Source of the DNA: an uncultured virus (IMG/VR IMGVR_UViG_3300033146_001398)
Lineage: Duplodnaviria > Heunggongvirae > Uroviricota > Caudoviricetes
Direction: 5' to 3' (one strand)
Virus record (IMG/VR): IMGVR_UViG_3300033146_001398
Length of the DNA stretch: 64,000 bases
The notes below the pieces were generated by a model that had not been told where the DNA came from, did no database searches, and worked only from the letters and a program-made list of their open reading frames with translations. A program made the position numbers and the translations under genes. Below, in pieces: positions 49,491 to 59,456 of this stretch. How positions within the stretch are numbered: the first letter of the stretch is position 1; each line of letters starts with the position of its first letter.

Positions 49491-50139
49491 ATGCGGAATA
49501 TTTATGCCGGGTAGATTAGGAGGCCAGAGACTATTAAATAAATTAATATTGCCAATGGGTGATACTTGTTTATGGGAAATAGCATGCAAGAAATTATCTC
49601 AAATTTCTGATGTAGACGAAAAATGTGTATTAATTTGTAAAGAAGATACAGCACTAAATTATATTGCTAATAAATACAATTTAAAAATTATTTATCGTGA
49701 CCCTGAAACAGCAGCAAAAGATAGCCCACTCAATTTTGTTTTTAAAGATGTAGAGAAAATGGAGTCAGATGTAATTATGTTCTTAAATCCTTGTCTGCCT
49801 TTTCTAAAAATAGAGAGTGTTTTATATGGATTTATGTTTATAACTGAATTTAATAAATATGTTGAGTCAGTAAAAGAATTTAATAGTTGGATTTATGATG
49901 AACATAGTGTAGCTAATATAGAGTTAGATTACACAGAGATGAACACTAAATTTTTGCCAGCACAATTCGAAGCTGCGCATGCATTTAGAATTTTTGATAA
50001 GAAATCATTCTTAAAAGATGGAAATATGTCTGCAAAAAATACTTGTCTTTGTTTACTTAATGCTAACGAATGTATTGATGTAGATACAAAAGAAGATTAT
50101 GAATTTGCAAGGTGGAAATATGAAAAAAATAATAGTTGA
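49483..50139 (+). CDS. neuA: Acylneuraminate cytidylyltransferase-like protein
   Basis: MPGRLGGQRLLNK, R....A.D, LNPCLPFL, IDVDTKEDYEFA. Confidence 0.8.
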   Translation: MNKCGIFMPGRLGGQRLLNKLILPMGDTCLWEIACKKLSQISDVDEKCVLICKEDTALNYIANKYNLKIIYRDPETAAKDSPLNFVFKDVEKMESDVIMFLNPCLPFLKIESVLYGFMFITEFNKYVESVKEFNSWIYDEHSVANIELDYTEMNTKFLPAQFEAAHAFRIFDKKSFLKDGNMSAKNTCLCLLNANECIDVDTKEDYEFARWKYEKNNS

Positions 50140-50491
50140 TATAGATGGAACAATTTGCACTCAATGTGAAGATTATAATAATGCAAAGCCGATCATAAAC
50201 AGAATTGAGGAACTAAATAAATTATTTGAGTCTGGTGTAGACATAGTATATTTCACTGCTCGTGGTACTGAAACATGTATTGATTGGCGAAAAATAACTG
50301 AAGAACAATTTAAAAAATGGAATGTTAAATATACTAAGTTATTATTTGGGAAACCATCAGGTGATTTATACATAGATGATAAAGCATTTACGTTAGAACA
50401 ACTTGATATGTATATTAAGTTAAAAGATAATAAAAAACAAAAGCTAAAAAATATTATTCAGAAGGCAATAGAAAATGGAAAAAGAAGATAA
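50120..50491 (+). CDS. HAD-family phosphatase
   Basis: Start MKKIIVDIDGTIC; FTARG; GKPSGDLYIDDK. Confidence 0.85.
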   Translation: MKKIIVDIDGTICTQCEDYNNAKPIINRIEELNKLFESGVDIVYFTARGTETCIDWRKITEEQFKKWNVKYTKLLFGKPSGDLYIDDKAFTLEQLDMYIKLKDNKKQKLKNIIQKAIENGKRR

Positions 50492-51329
50492 AATTATTTG
50501 CGAGATTGGAATAAATCATGAAGGTATAGTAGAAAACGCATTAACTATGATTAGACAAGCTAAACATGCTGGTGCTGATTTTGTTAAATTTCAAAAAAGA
50601 AACCCTGATATTTGTGTTCCAGAAGAGTACAAAAATGATACAGTTATTTTTAATAACAAACGCATGACATATCTAGAGCAAAAGAAAATATTAGAATTTG
50701 ATACTTATGATTATAATATTATTGATAACTTTTGTGGTGAACTAAATATAAAATGGTTTGCATCAGTGTTTGATATAGATAGTTTAAAATTTATTAGTCG
50801 ATACAAATCTGCTGGTATTATAAAAATACCTAGTTCTCAAATATGTAATATAGAGCTTCTTACTCAAACCCGTAAGGTTGCTCTCAAAAATAAGTTAGAA
50901 GTATTCATTTCAACTGGTGCATCAGAACTCAGTGATATACAACGAGCAGTAGAATTACTTGGCGAAACTTTAACAGTCATATTTCACACTACGTCAATTT
51001 ACCCTTGCCCTGATGATACACTTGATTTAACAAAAATAACTGAGCTACAAAAAATGTTTCCTGATAAAAATATTGGGTACTCAAATCATTATTCAAACGG
51101 TTTTCCAGCAATAGTTGCTAAAACTTTAGGTGCTACTTATTTCGAATTTCACGTTCAGGGTGTGTATACTAAAGAAATATGTGATAATTTAATGTCTTTA
51201 ACGTATGATAATTTTTGTCAGATATGTAGCATACTTAAAAAAATGAATTATTGGAACGGCGAAGCGATATTTAAGGCTAAAGATGAAGAATTAGCGAAAT
51301 TACGTAAACAACAATATTTTTTAGATTAA
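50475..51329 (+). CDS. neuB: N-acetylneuraminate/nonulosonate synthase, no C-terminal AFP domain
   Basis: CEIGINHEG, GADFVKFQKR, ASVFD..S, KIPS, ISTG, H..S.YP, GYSNH, EFH. Confidence 0.9.
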   Translation: MEKEDKIICEIGINHEGIVENALTMIRQAKHAGADFVKFQKRNPDICVPEEYKNDTVIFNNKRMTYLEQKKILEFDTYDYNIIDNFCGELNIKWFASVFDIDSLKFISRYKSAGIIKIPSSQICNIELLTQTRKVALKNKLEVFISTGASELSDIQRAVELLGETLTVIFHTTSIYPCPDDTLDLTKITELQKMFPDKNIGYSNHYSNGFPAIVAKTLGATYFEFHVQGVYTKEICDNLMSLTYDNFCQICSILKKMNYWNGEAIFKAKDEELAKLRKQQYFLD

Positions 51330-51346
51330 TCATAAGTTTTATTTTA

Positions 51347-52126
51347 TTACTTTTTCTTTTTTATATTTGACCAATATTCTTCATATTTTTGGTCATTAAT
51401 TAACGGTGACGCTTTTATTTTTTTATTTTCAAATAATTTATCTCTAAACACTGCAGCTAGCTCAGATATTCCCGTCGATAAATCTTCAATATTATTAATC
51501 ATTTTTACAGTATAATTGTCTATAAATGTATATCCGTTGGCTGTTAGATGTCGCAAATGAGATTGAAAGAATTCTTTTTTTCTTGGAAAGTTCTTATGTA
51601 TAACTAATGGCAATCTTAATCCAAATTTTTCTACTTTTGTATTCCGTCTAATATCTAGTTTATCAAATGGTGTGTTCTCTCCTATATTAAGTAGAGGTTT
51701 ATATAAACTCATATTTTTTTGTTCTAGTTCAGTTGCTTCATAGAAAAATACTAAAATTTTTTTATTAATATCTGTTTTTGCTATTTCACGAAATGCTAAA
51801 CATCGGTGATAACCAGCAGTAATATAATATTTATTTTCTATTTTTACACAATATAGCGGCCAGTACGTTCCGTTCTTTCTTATATCTTCGACAAAACTAT
51901 AATCACTGTTAATATCAGATTCTATAAATTTATCTCCTTCGCTTACAATATTTTGCAAATCTGTTTCATCGCCATAAACAAAAACATCGTTAGGACTAAC
52001 AAATTTTGCTGTATAAACATTTAAAGAATCTATTAATGTTTTATTTAAAAAAAAATTATATAACTCTTCAAATGAAGAGTTTTGTAAATCATCTAAATCT
52101 TCTTGTTCTATATTTGATAATTCCAT
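51347..52126 (-). CDS. ParB/Srx-like domain protein
   Basis: EDIRKNGTYWP....YYITAGYHRCLA; likely start MELSN. Confidence 0.65.
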   Translation of the reverse strand: MELSNIEQEDLDDLQNSSFEELYNFFLNKTLIDSLNVYTAKFVSPNDVFVYGDETDLQNIVSEGDKFIESDINSDYSFVEDIRKNGTYWPLYCVKIENKYYITAGYHRCLAFREIAKTDINKKILVFFYEATELEQKNMSLYKPLLNIGENTPFDKLDIRRNTKVEKFGLRLPLVIHKNFPRKKEFFQSHLRHLTANGYTFIDNYTVKMINNIEDLSTGISELAAVFRDKLFENKKIKASPLINDQKYEEYWSNIKKKK

Positions 52127-52127
52127 T

Positions 52128-53006
52128 TTAAGGTACATCAATTACATCAACAGCTGCGCAAGTATTTGCGCCATTCGTTGTTAGAATTATATAATATGAA
52201 TTATCTAACGAAATTGAATAATTGGTCAAACTATTAACACTTGCAGTTAAAGCTGTGCTGGCTGTAGCAGACGCAGAACCGTAATTGTGATTGTGATATG
52301 CTGCACCAAGTCCACCTTCAGGATGGAGTTTTACAGCTGCAAATGTATAATTAGCATCACCGTAGTAATGGAATGAACCAAAAGTTCCAACACCACTAGA
52401 GTAAGCTGTTATATATGAGCTAGAACTAGTACCAGTACCACTACCACTCGATTGCATTAATCTTATAACATCAGTAGCGTCAGTTAATTCTACCTTTGCG
52501 TATTGAGTAGCGCCTTCAGCCCAAGTAAACATTCCAACTAATCTTGAATTAATACCAACTGCAGGTTGGTAATTTTGTGTTCCGGTCGCACTGTGCAACA
52601 TAAAACCTTTCCCAATAGCAATTCCTTTATTTGATTCAGCTGTTGAAGTATATTCTACAAAACATGCTGCGCCTGTCCCAGTTACAGTAAAAGTTAAATA
52701 TAAACCATTGTGAGTGTGAATACCACGACTCATAGTTCCACCACTATAATTAATATTACCAAGTTTTGCAAACGGTGTGTTTGTTGCTGTACCCGAATAA
52801 GACCCACAACGCCCCCAAGATATATCACAAGATGCACCAGCTTCAAATAGTATTATTGAATTTGTACCGTCTGTTAAATTAACAGTTATTGTTGACGATG
52901 CGTCTGTAGAACCACGCAAATTTTCAAATCTCCATGTAGTACCTGCTGGTGGTTGTATGGTTTGAGTACTAGTAACCATATATTTTATTGAATCTCCTAC
53001 TACCAT
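52128..53006 (-). CDS. Putative receptor-binding/tail-tip protein with two internal repeats
   Basis: TQTIQPPAG..VNLTDGT / TQNYQPAVG..VELTDAT duplication; Gly/Ser/Thr-rich. Confidence 0.6.
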   Translation of the reverse strand: MVVGDSIKYMVTSTQTIQPPAGTTWRFENLRGSTDASSTITVNLTDGTNSIILFEAGASCDISWGRCGSYSGTATNTPFAKLGNINYSGGTMSRGIHTHNGLYLTFTVTGTGAACFVEYTSTAESNKGIAIGKGFMLHSATGTQNYQPAVGINSRLVGMFTWAEGATQYAKVELTDATDVIRLMQSSGSGTGTSSSSYITAYSSGVGTFGSFHYYGDANYTFAAVKLHPEGGLGAAYHNHNYGSASATASTALTASVNSLTNYSISLDNSYYIILTTNGANTCAAVDVIDVP

Positions 53007-53007
53007 T

Positions 53008-53127
53008 TTATACTGACCTCATTTGTAATGATATTATTGTATCGAAAGCAGCTACTAAATCAACTGCTTCTAATATATCTCCATCAACCCAATCTATTCC
53101 ACCTAATGAATCTAATTTAATTGTCAT
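53008..53127 (-). CDS. 39-aa paralog of the N-terminus of the adjacent tail fibre
   Basis: MTIKLDSLGGIDWVDGDILEAVDL vs MAIKNTELGGTDWVDGEILYAIDM. Confidence 0.7.
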   Translation of the reverse strand: MTIKLDSLGGIDWVDGDILEAVDLVAAFDTIISLQMRSV

Positions 53128-53128
53128 T

Positions 53129-53575
53129 TTATTTTACCCTCATAATAAACACGACTTCGTAATAAGTTGGTAATGTTGAAGTTGCAGTAGTATTACCATT
53201 ATTTCCAACACTATCTGTCGCTGGATCGCCATCGACAGACGTAGCACTTACACTGTGAGTGTGTGTTTCACTTCCACCTGTACCACCTGAAGTTGTTTGC
53301 CCTCGTAAAAATCTTTCTGTTCCTGAACTACCATTTAAATCTGGTATTACTTGACCGTTAAGAGGACTACTAGCGTCACTTAAAGTTTGACCATTACATT
53401 CAACAAATCTATCTGATAGCAAACTTGGTGTGCCAGTTAGACTTTTATTCCATGCTAGTATTGCACCAACTGGCACATAACCAACTTTGTCAACAGTATC
53501 ATTCATATCAATTGCATATAATATTTCACCATCAACCCAATCTGTTCCACCTAATTCTGTATTTTTAATTGCCAT
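53129..53575 (-). CDS. Short tail fibre with collar domain
   Basis: VPVGAILAW, VECNGQ, PDL..RFLRG, GGTGGSETHTH, LPTYYEVVFIMRVK. Confidence 0.85.
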   Translation of the reverse strand: MAIKNTELGGTDWVDGEILYAIDMNDTVDKVGYVPVGAILAWNKSLTGTPSLLSDRFVECNGQTLSDASSPLNGQVIPDLNGSSGTERFLRGQTTSGGTGGSETHTHSVSATSVDGDPATDSVGNNGNTTATSTLPTYYEVVFIMRVK

Positions 53576-53899
53576 TTAATCTTTTTCTCCTGCTAAATAT
53601 AAAATATCTGCAACTCTAACTTCATTATCAACTACAATCTCTATTGATGGAAGCCCCAAAATATTAGAAAGCATCTTTATTCTGCCAAATAAATCTTCTT
53701 TCGTCGTGACATTAATAAATGCCCTATAATTTGGTATTCCAAAAATAGCTATCGGTGAAAATGGATAAACATCTTTTGTCATATAATATCTAACGTAATT
53801 TTCTAATAATTTTGTTAAAGTTTTAAGTCCTTGCTCTGTAAACATATCTTCTTCATATCTAGTACGAACTTCTGCATTGTTTATATTTGGTCGTGTCAT
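53576..53899 (-). CDS. Hypothetical tail-module protein
   Basis: 107-aa ORF within tail operon. Confidence 0.6.
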   Translation of the reverse strand: MTRPNINNAEVRTRYEEDMFTEQGLKTLTKLLENYVRYYMTKDVYPFSPIAIFGIPNYRAFINVTTKEDLFGRIKMLSNILGLPSIEIVVDNEVRVADILYLAGEKD

Positions 53900-53929
53900 T
53901 TTTATATTATCCTATCTTTAGCGCCTTAT

Positions 53930-54850
53930 TTATAATATACGGTCTTTAATCATAAATATAAATTGGTCATTTATTGATTTACTTTCATCAGCAAACTTAG
54001 CAATATTAGTCGGTAATTTAACTGTATCTGAATTCATTACTATTAAACTATTAATATCAAAACCATTTGCTTGTGTTGCCAGTAATAATACTCTAGTTAC
54101 TGATTCATAATTAGTATAATCAAGTGTAGGATAGCCTAAAACAAAATTTATATATGTGTCTGATTCGTCCCATTGTCGTAATAAATCGTAAATAACATCT
54201 CCAGCAGCAAAAGTATCTGTAGCATTATTAGTTGTTATTATTATTCCAAAACTATCTAAGGTTGCTGTAGTTCCAGTTTCTGTTAAATCACTGAGTATTC
54301 CGACTGGTAGCCAATTCCAACCCACAATTAACTCACTCGCTTCATAAGTTTTTGAATAGTAATTTGACGTTACATCATCACCATATCTAAATTCAAGACA
54401 AGTTCCAGTAGTTTCAAATTTAAGTAACGCAACTGAATCTTTAATATAAAACCATTGACCTGCGTATTCAGCAGAATCTAAATTATTCGTTAAAGTAGTT
54501 ATAGCCCAGCTTGCAGTAACTGAACTACTATCTTTAATTAAATTTTGTGCTGTATTGTCAGTAGTTCCAGCACCAGTTTTAAAAATTAATATATTATTAG
54601 TAGTATTAGTTCCGGCTCCAGACCCAGTCATAGTATTACTGCCATCGTCATTTACTGTTCCATCTGCGAGTGGAATTGGTGTAGTGAGTCCAGTATTAGT
54701 TAAACTTAGGCTATTATTGTTAATACCAAAGCCAACATATTTACCTACAGTGTAAAGTGTCGAACTCAGACTAGCATTCTCAGTATACATACGATTAAGC
54801 ATAATCTTTTTATTTGTATTCGGTTTTATTGTTGTAGTGCTCAAAGCCAT
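53930..54850 (-). CDS. Putative baseplate/tail-tip protein
   Basis: YVGFG..N......TGLTTP and QANGFDI..KF..ESK patterns; late motif at 54872. Confidence 0.6.
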   Translation of the reverse strand: MALSTTTIKPNTNKKIMLNRMYTENASLSSTLYTVGKYVGFGINNNSLSLTNTGLTTPIPLADGTVNDDGSNTMTGSGAGTNTTNNILIFKTGAGTTDNTAQNLIKDSSSVTASWAITTLTNNLDSAEYAGQWFYIKDSVALLKFETTGTCLEFRYGDDVTSNYYSKTYEASELIVGWNWLPVGILSDLTETGTTATLDSFGIIITTNNATDTFAAGDVIYDLLRQWDESDTYINFVLGYPTLDYTNYESVTRVLLLATQANGFDINSLIVMNSDTVKLPTNIAKFADESKSINDQFIFMIKDRIL

Positions 54851-54885
54851 AGTATTTATTCCTTATTATTTATATTTAAAAATAA

Positions 54886-57231
54886 TTATTCAAATTTTAT
54901 ATTAATTGCTGGTTTTACCAGTTTATCTTCATCATTATACGTGTTTTTAATCAGTATGTTATCTGAACTTGAGCCAGACCAAGTTTGTAATTTAACACCG
55001 AAACCGTTCGAAATTCCAGTTAGCGTAGTCTTTTGACCATCTTCAAATTCTTGCCAAGTAGTACCACCGTCAAATGATAAATTTGCACTATTTTTATCTA
55101 CAGAATCAATATTTAATATCTTATTTGTCTCATCATCATCTAATATTTTATTAAATATCATTGGTTTTGTTACAACACCATTAAACATTGTATTAACACC
55201 ATGATTTGACTTACTAATTCTTAGGTTTTGTGTACCATATGCAGTGTATATAATATCACTACCAATACTAACTGTTTCGTCTTTCACTAATATGTTATTA
55301 GAATATATTAATAATCTCATATAACCATTGCCACCAGAAGCGTCTGGATGATAATATCCAATTGTTTTATATATAGTATTTATCACCGGTGCTGACATAG
55401 TTAATGTATATGTTGGTCCGGATGCGTCATTCATTCTCCCACAACTAAAAACTAAAGCACTATTTGTATGATAAAAGTTCCAATTATAATGGTTCATACT
55501 AAATGAAGAATTACTTGGTAAATGGTTCAAAAGAACTTCTTGATAAAATGTCATATCACCAGAGTCAAATTCATTTACTGTACTGTTAACATCTAAATAT
55601 GTTCCATTATCTTCTGACCCTGTAGATTGTCCCCAGAACTCATACCCAGTTATTGTGTTACTGTTAACATCTGTTTTTGTTACTAATGGATTATCTAACT
55701 TATGTTCGCTAGTTGCATTATATAAATTTAACATATCATCGTCTGTTAATGCAACATTATTTAATATAATAATTTCATCATCTGTTTCTGGTTTACCTGT
55801 TTGATACAAATTCTTTGTTGTAAACGTATCAATATTTCCTGATGAAATTGTATTACTTGCAGTTTGTACTCCATCAACATATCTCTTAACTGTCGTGCCG
55901 TCCCATACAACACCTAATGTATGATACACGTCATATTCATCTAATATATCTGTACCACTATATTTTGTAACTCCTGATTTCTTTATCGCCCACTGGTATG
56001 CATTCTTATTACCTGGAGACCAAGTTGGTTCATTATAACTATATAATAAAGAACTTCCTATAGAAGATGATAATTTTGATATTGCACTATCTGTTGCCCC
56101 TTTATTCATTTTTGTAATAATTACTACAGTTAATTTATCACTTCCACCTAATGTCATTGGAAAATCTATTTCTTGCCCAGCAGTATCTCCAGTGTAAGCA
56201 CTATCTTCATTACCAAATCTATCAGTTGTTAATGTTGCACCAGTTACAACACCATCATTGCTATTTACACTTCCATCTGCTGCAGGATTACTAATATCTG
56301 CTGTAGTTAAATTTCTTATTTGTGATATATTATATAAATTTAAAAACCCATTATCAGTTATTGTATTATCAGTAATTAACGCGTCGTCCATCGAGCCTTT
56401 AAGTGGAAGAGACGATGTCCCACCCGCACCAAATTGTAGTTTTGTTCTAACTGTCGTCGACGTTCCCGTTGATGTCATCGCGCAAGTTTCTTTAATTCCA
56501 TCAATAAAAATATCTACATCACCTAATACTCTGGCAGTGCCAGGTGTTATTGTGTTATTTATTCTAAATCCAACTTGATGATATTCGCCCGATGTTAAAG
56601 ATGTAGTTGAATCCCAAAATGCACCAGGTGTACCACCTATAAGAAAACGTAATGTGCCGTCAGACATAATATAAAAATATGAAAATGTTTCATAAATACT
56701 TAATGTTTGCGGTGATGTATGAGGCACATATCTAATAGTAAACAACTGGGACTTAGTATCAAAATTATCAAGCGAAAAAACATTTTTATGAAGATTACCA
56801 GACGTAAACTCACATGCATTATTACTATTCCCGAATCTATCATCAACTAAAGTTATTGTGCCTGTTGCCATAAGGTCATTATTATTCTCACTTAAATCAG
56901 TATAATCACCAACAAATGGATAATACGCTTCAGTATTACTTGCGATAGCAGGTGTTTCGCCACTATAATTAAACGGATAATATGCAGTTGTATTTATATA
57001 ATATTGTCCGCCAAAAGAACTTTCACTATAGTCGGATACGGTGCCTAAGTTAGGTTGCTCGTCTAAATTTAAATATAACTCGCAATTTTCAAAAAACCAA
57101 TTAATAGCCGACACAAAACCATTTTCTACAACACCAAAATCTAATGTTGCAAAAGAATAATCGTTATATCCATATGCCACGTAAGTAGTTTGTAATTTTG
57201 CTCCTATTTTTGTAAATTCTATTTCTCCCAT
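54886..57231 (-). CDS. Virion protein with multiple LamG/concanavalin-like domains
   Basis: AYYPF.G...D, DRFGN.N.A, KGSMDD, YHTLGVVWDGTTVKRYVDG, FNGVV. Confidence 0.8.
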   Translation of the reverse strand: MGEIEFTKIGAKLQTTYVAYGYNDYSFATLDFGVVENGFVSAINWFFENCELYLNLDEQPNLGTVSDYSESSFGGQYYINTTAYYPFNYSGETPAIASNTEAYYPFVGDYTDLSENNNDLMATGTITLVDDRFGNSNNACEFTSGNLHKNVFSLDNFDTKSQLFTIRYVPHTSPQTLSIYETFSYFYIMSDGTLRFLIGGTPGAFWDSTTSLTSGEYHQVGFRINNTITPGTARVLGDVDIFIDGIKETCAMTSTGTSTTVRTKLQFGAGGTSSLPLKGSMDDALITDNTITDNGFLNLYNISQIRNLTTADISNPAADGSVNSNDGVVTGATLTTDRFGNEDSAYTGDTAGQEIDFPMTLGGSDKLTVVIITKMNKGATDSAISKLSSSIGSSLLYSYNEPTWSPGNKNAYQWAIKKSGVTKYSGTDILDEYDVYHTLGVVWDGTTVKRYVDGVQTASNTISSGNIDTFTTKNLYQTGKPETDDEIIILNNVALTDDDMLNLYNATSEHKLDNPLVTKTDVNSNTITGYEFWGQSTGSEDNGTYLDVNSTVNEFDSGDMTFYQEVLLNHLPSNSSFSMNHYNWNFYHTNSALVFSCGRMNDASGPTYTLTMSAPVINTIYKTIGYYHPDASGGNGYMRLLIYSNNILVKDETVSIGSDIIYTAYGTQNLRISKSNHGVNTMFNGVVTKPMIFNKILDDDETNKILNIDSVDKNSANLSFDGGTTWQEFEDGQKTTLTGISNGFGVKLQTWSGSSSDNILIKNTYNDEDKLVKPAINIKFE

Positions 57232-57232
57232 T

Positions 57233-58948
57233 TTATACCGTCCAAGTTATTCCGTCACTTTCTACACTGTCATAAAATTCATCATCATATAATATTTCTT
57301 TAAAAATATTATCGCCAGGTACTAAAAATAATAATAATTCAGTAGAAGCGGGTTGTCCTAGAGCATTAGTTCCAAGAACACCTGCAACAGGAGACCCCAA
57401 TACAAATCCAGCTGAAACAGTCTCACCAATTTTTGTATCACCAATAGTATCTCTACCTATTACAAAACCATTATTCATTAATCGTTTATAACCAGCAACA
57501 TATCTATTTTCCATATTAAATTCAAAATCTAAATTAAATATATTAATTAATAAATCTGTAGTTCTAGATTCTTTTTCTTCTAATCTTTTTATTCTATCTG
57601 CTGCGTTAGTCTCAAAATCATATGTTCTAGAAATTTCATCACCTAACGTAACTTCATCGGGTTTATAAGGGTAAAACCATTTAAGTGTAGATATTAACAT
57701 TGTTTCATCTATATTATTAACACTATCAACTACTCTATACTTCCTACCAACTATAACTTCACTTGCACCTGTTATTTCTACAGTTGAACTTTTAAATGGC
57801 GTAGAATATCTATCTAAATAATTGTTCATAAAAACTTCTGCATCTTGAGCTGTTTTAATATCATCTTTTTTAATTGTAGTTTCATGTAAACCGTATGAAT
57901 CAATAGAGTCTAATCGTGTCCCGCTAACAGCAGAAGGTAAGTTATATGTATATTTTATTTCAATATTATTTGTGCCTACAAGAGGCTTAAAACTTGGTTC
58001 AGTTCCTTTGCTTGTATCTTCAAAAAATATAGATTTAACTCTAAAATCTGGATCGTAAGTATAGTCGAAAGAACCAGAACTTGAGCCTGTTTTTCCACCT
58101 GTTTTTAAATTAGTGCTCGTGTTAGATGGTTTGACACCACTTGCAGGTGTATACGAACCAACACCAACATAAATTTCCATAGATATAGGAGTAAATGCTA
58201 ATTGTATAGTTTGCGCGTCTGTATTATCTCCGTCGTGATATATAGTTTCTTCTACAGCTTGCATCGCAGCATCTACAAATAATTTGTTTACTATCTTATT
58301 GTAATCAATATCCCATTCTGGTTGGTTAACAATATTTGTTCCTACTTCTAAAACTGTTGTTTCTTCTATAAAGCCCACTGGTTCAAAATAAATTTTATCA
58401 GTATTAGGTTCATAATAAGTTTGCCAATCCATAGAAACAGTTAAATCGTCACAACGTTCAAAAACCATATTATGATTACAAATAAATTTATCTAAAGTGT
58501 ACACGTCACCAGTTGGTTGAATGGTTGAAGAATCACAATCTAACTCAGCATATCTAGTAATTAGTGTAGTAAATATATCACTAATAATTCCAGCTTCGTC
58601 ATCTATATTTTTATCGAAAGATGTCGTGGCTTCTCTAGTTTGAGCTTGATAATATTTATCTTTGCAACTTAAAATAACACCATGCGGAGCAATTGTATAA
58701 TTAACTGCAAAGCCTCTGAACTTATAATTTTCTGTAGCAGAAGAAACACCGCGCTGTACTGTAATAATAGCGTTACCTAATTCACTTTCCAAATCTATAA
58801 TATTGAATATAGAAGAGTTAAGAACAATCATGCAGTCTGCAACGACTCCTTTATACTCTCCTTCGCCGTCCGCTTCTACAACATAGGAAGTTATGTCAGT
58901 AGAGTTAAGCATAAATTTATACTTATCAGGACTATTTTCTAATACCAT
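57233..58948 (-). CDS. Baseplate hub/Tal-like protein
   Basis: Likely start MVLENS; FRGF, IVNKLFV, SIDSYGL.E..I, vtLG; follows Dit-like gene. Confidence 0.7.
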   Translation of the reverse strand: MVLENSPDKYKFMLNSTDITSYVVEADGEGEYKGVVADCMIVLNSSIFNIIDLESELGNAIITVQRGVSSATENYKFRGFAVNYTIAPHGVILSCKDKYYQAQTREATTSFDKNIDDEAGIISDIFTTLITRYAELDCDSSTIQPTGDVYTLDKFICNHNMVFERCDDLTVSMDWQTYYEPNTDKIYFEPVGFIEETTVLEVGTNIVNQPEWDIDYNKIVNKLFVDAAMQAVEETIYHDGDNTDAQTIQLAFTPISMEIYVGVGSYTPASGVKPSNTSTNLKTGGKTGSSSGSFDYTYDPDFRVKSIFFEDTSKGTEPSFKPLVGTNNIEIKYTYNLPSAVSGTRLDSIDSYGLHETTIKKDDIKTAQDAEVFMNNYLDRYSTPFKSSTVEITGASEVIVGRKYRVVDSVNNIDETMLISTLKWFYPYKPDEVTLGDEISRTYDFETNAADRIKRLEEKESRTTDLLINIFNLDFEFNMENRYVAGYKRLMNNGFVIGRDTIGDTKIGETVSAGFVLGSPVAGVLGTNALGQPASTELLLFLVPGDNIFKEILYDDEFYDSVESDGITWTV

Positions 58949-58949
58949 T

Positions 58950-59453
58950 TTATATATAAGCAACATACAAAGATAAACTAAAAGGTTGTTTATCGGGGCT
59001 TGCTTCTTCTTCTGTAAAACTAAAATTTGTAACATAAATTTTTGTAACATTAAGTGTTGCAGGAATTATCGCACCTTCAACATTTGCTGCTGTAGGAATA
59101 GATGAAGATTCAACACTTAAATCTTCATAATTACTAGTAAATGCTTTAGCAGTTTGTAAGCCGTTTTGTAGCGCTTCTAGCCAGTATTTCATTTGTTTTA
59201 TAGAAGTTATTTGCGGCGCGTTAGTACCTGTAACAACAGTTGTTTCAGATGAATATAAAATACCAGTGATACTAATCATTTTATTAGACCCGTTAAAATC
59301 ATTACCTATATTAGCTGCTGGTCCTGAGCCAGGCATTACTGTTTGTGTAACATCTGAAGTAATTGTAGAACTAATAGAATCTATCATCGCTGTTTCAAAA
59401 GTAAAAGTATGGTCATTCGCGCCCACTTCAATAGTTATAGTTACATCTGTCAT
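58950..59453 (-). CDS. Distal tail (Dit)-like protein
   Basis: 167 aa right after tape measure; ISITGIL, IYVTNFSF..FSLSL. Confidence 0.65.
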   Translation of the reverse strand: MTDVTITIEVGANDHTFTFETAMIDSISSTITSDVTQTVMPGSGPAANIGNDFNGSNKMISITGILYSSETTVVTGTNAPQITSIKQMKYWLEALQNGLQTAKAFTSNYEDLSVESSSIPTAANVEGAIIPATLNVTKIYVTNFSFTEEEASPDKQPFSLSLYVAYI

Positions 59454-59456
59454 TTA

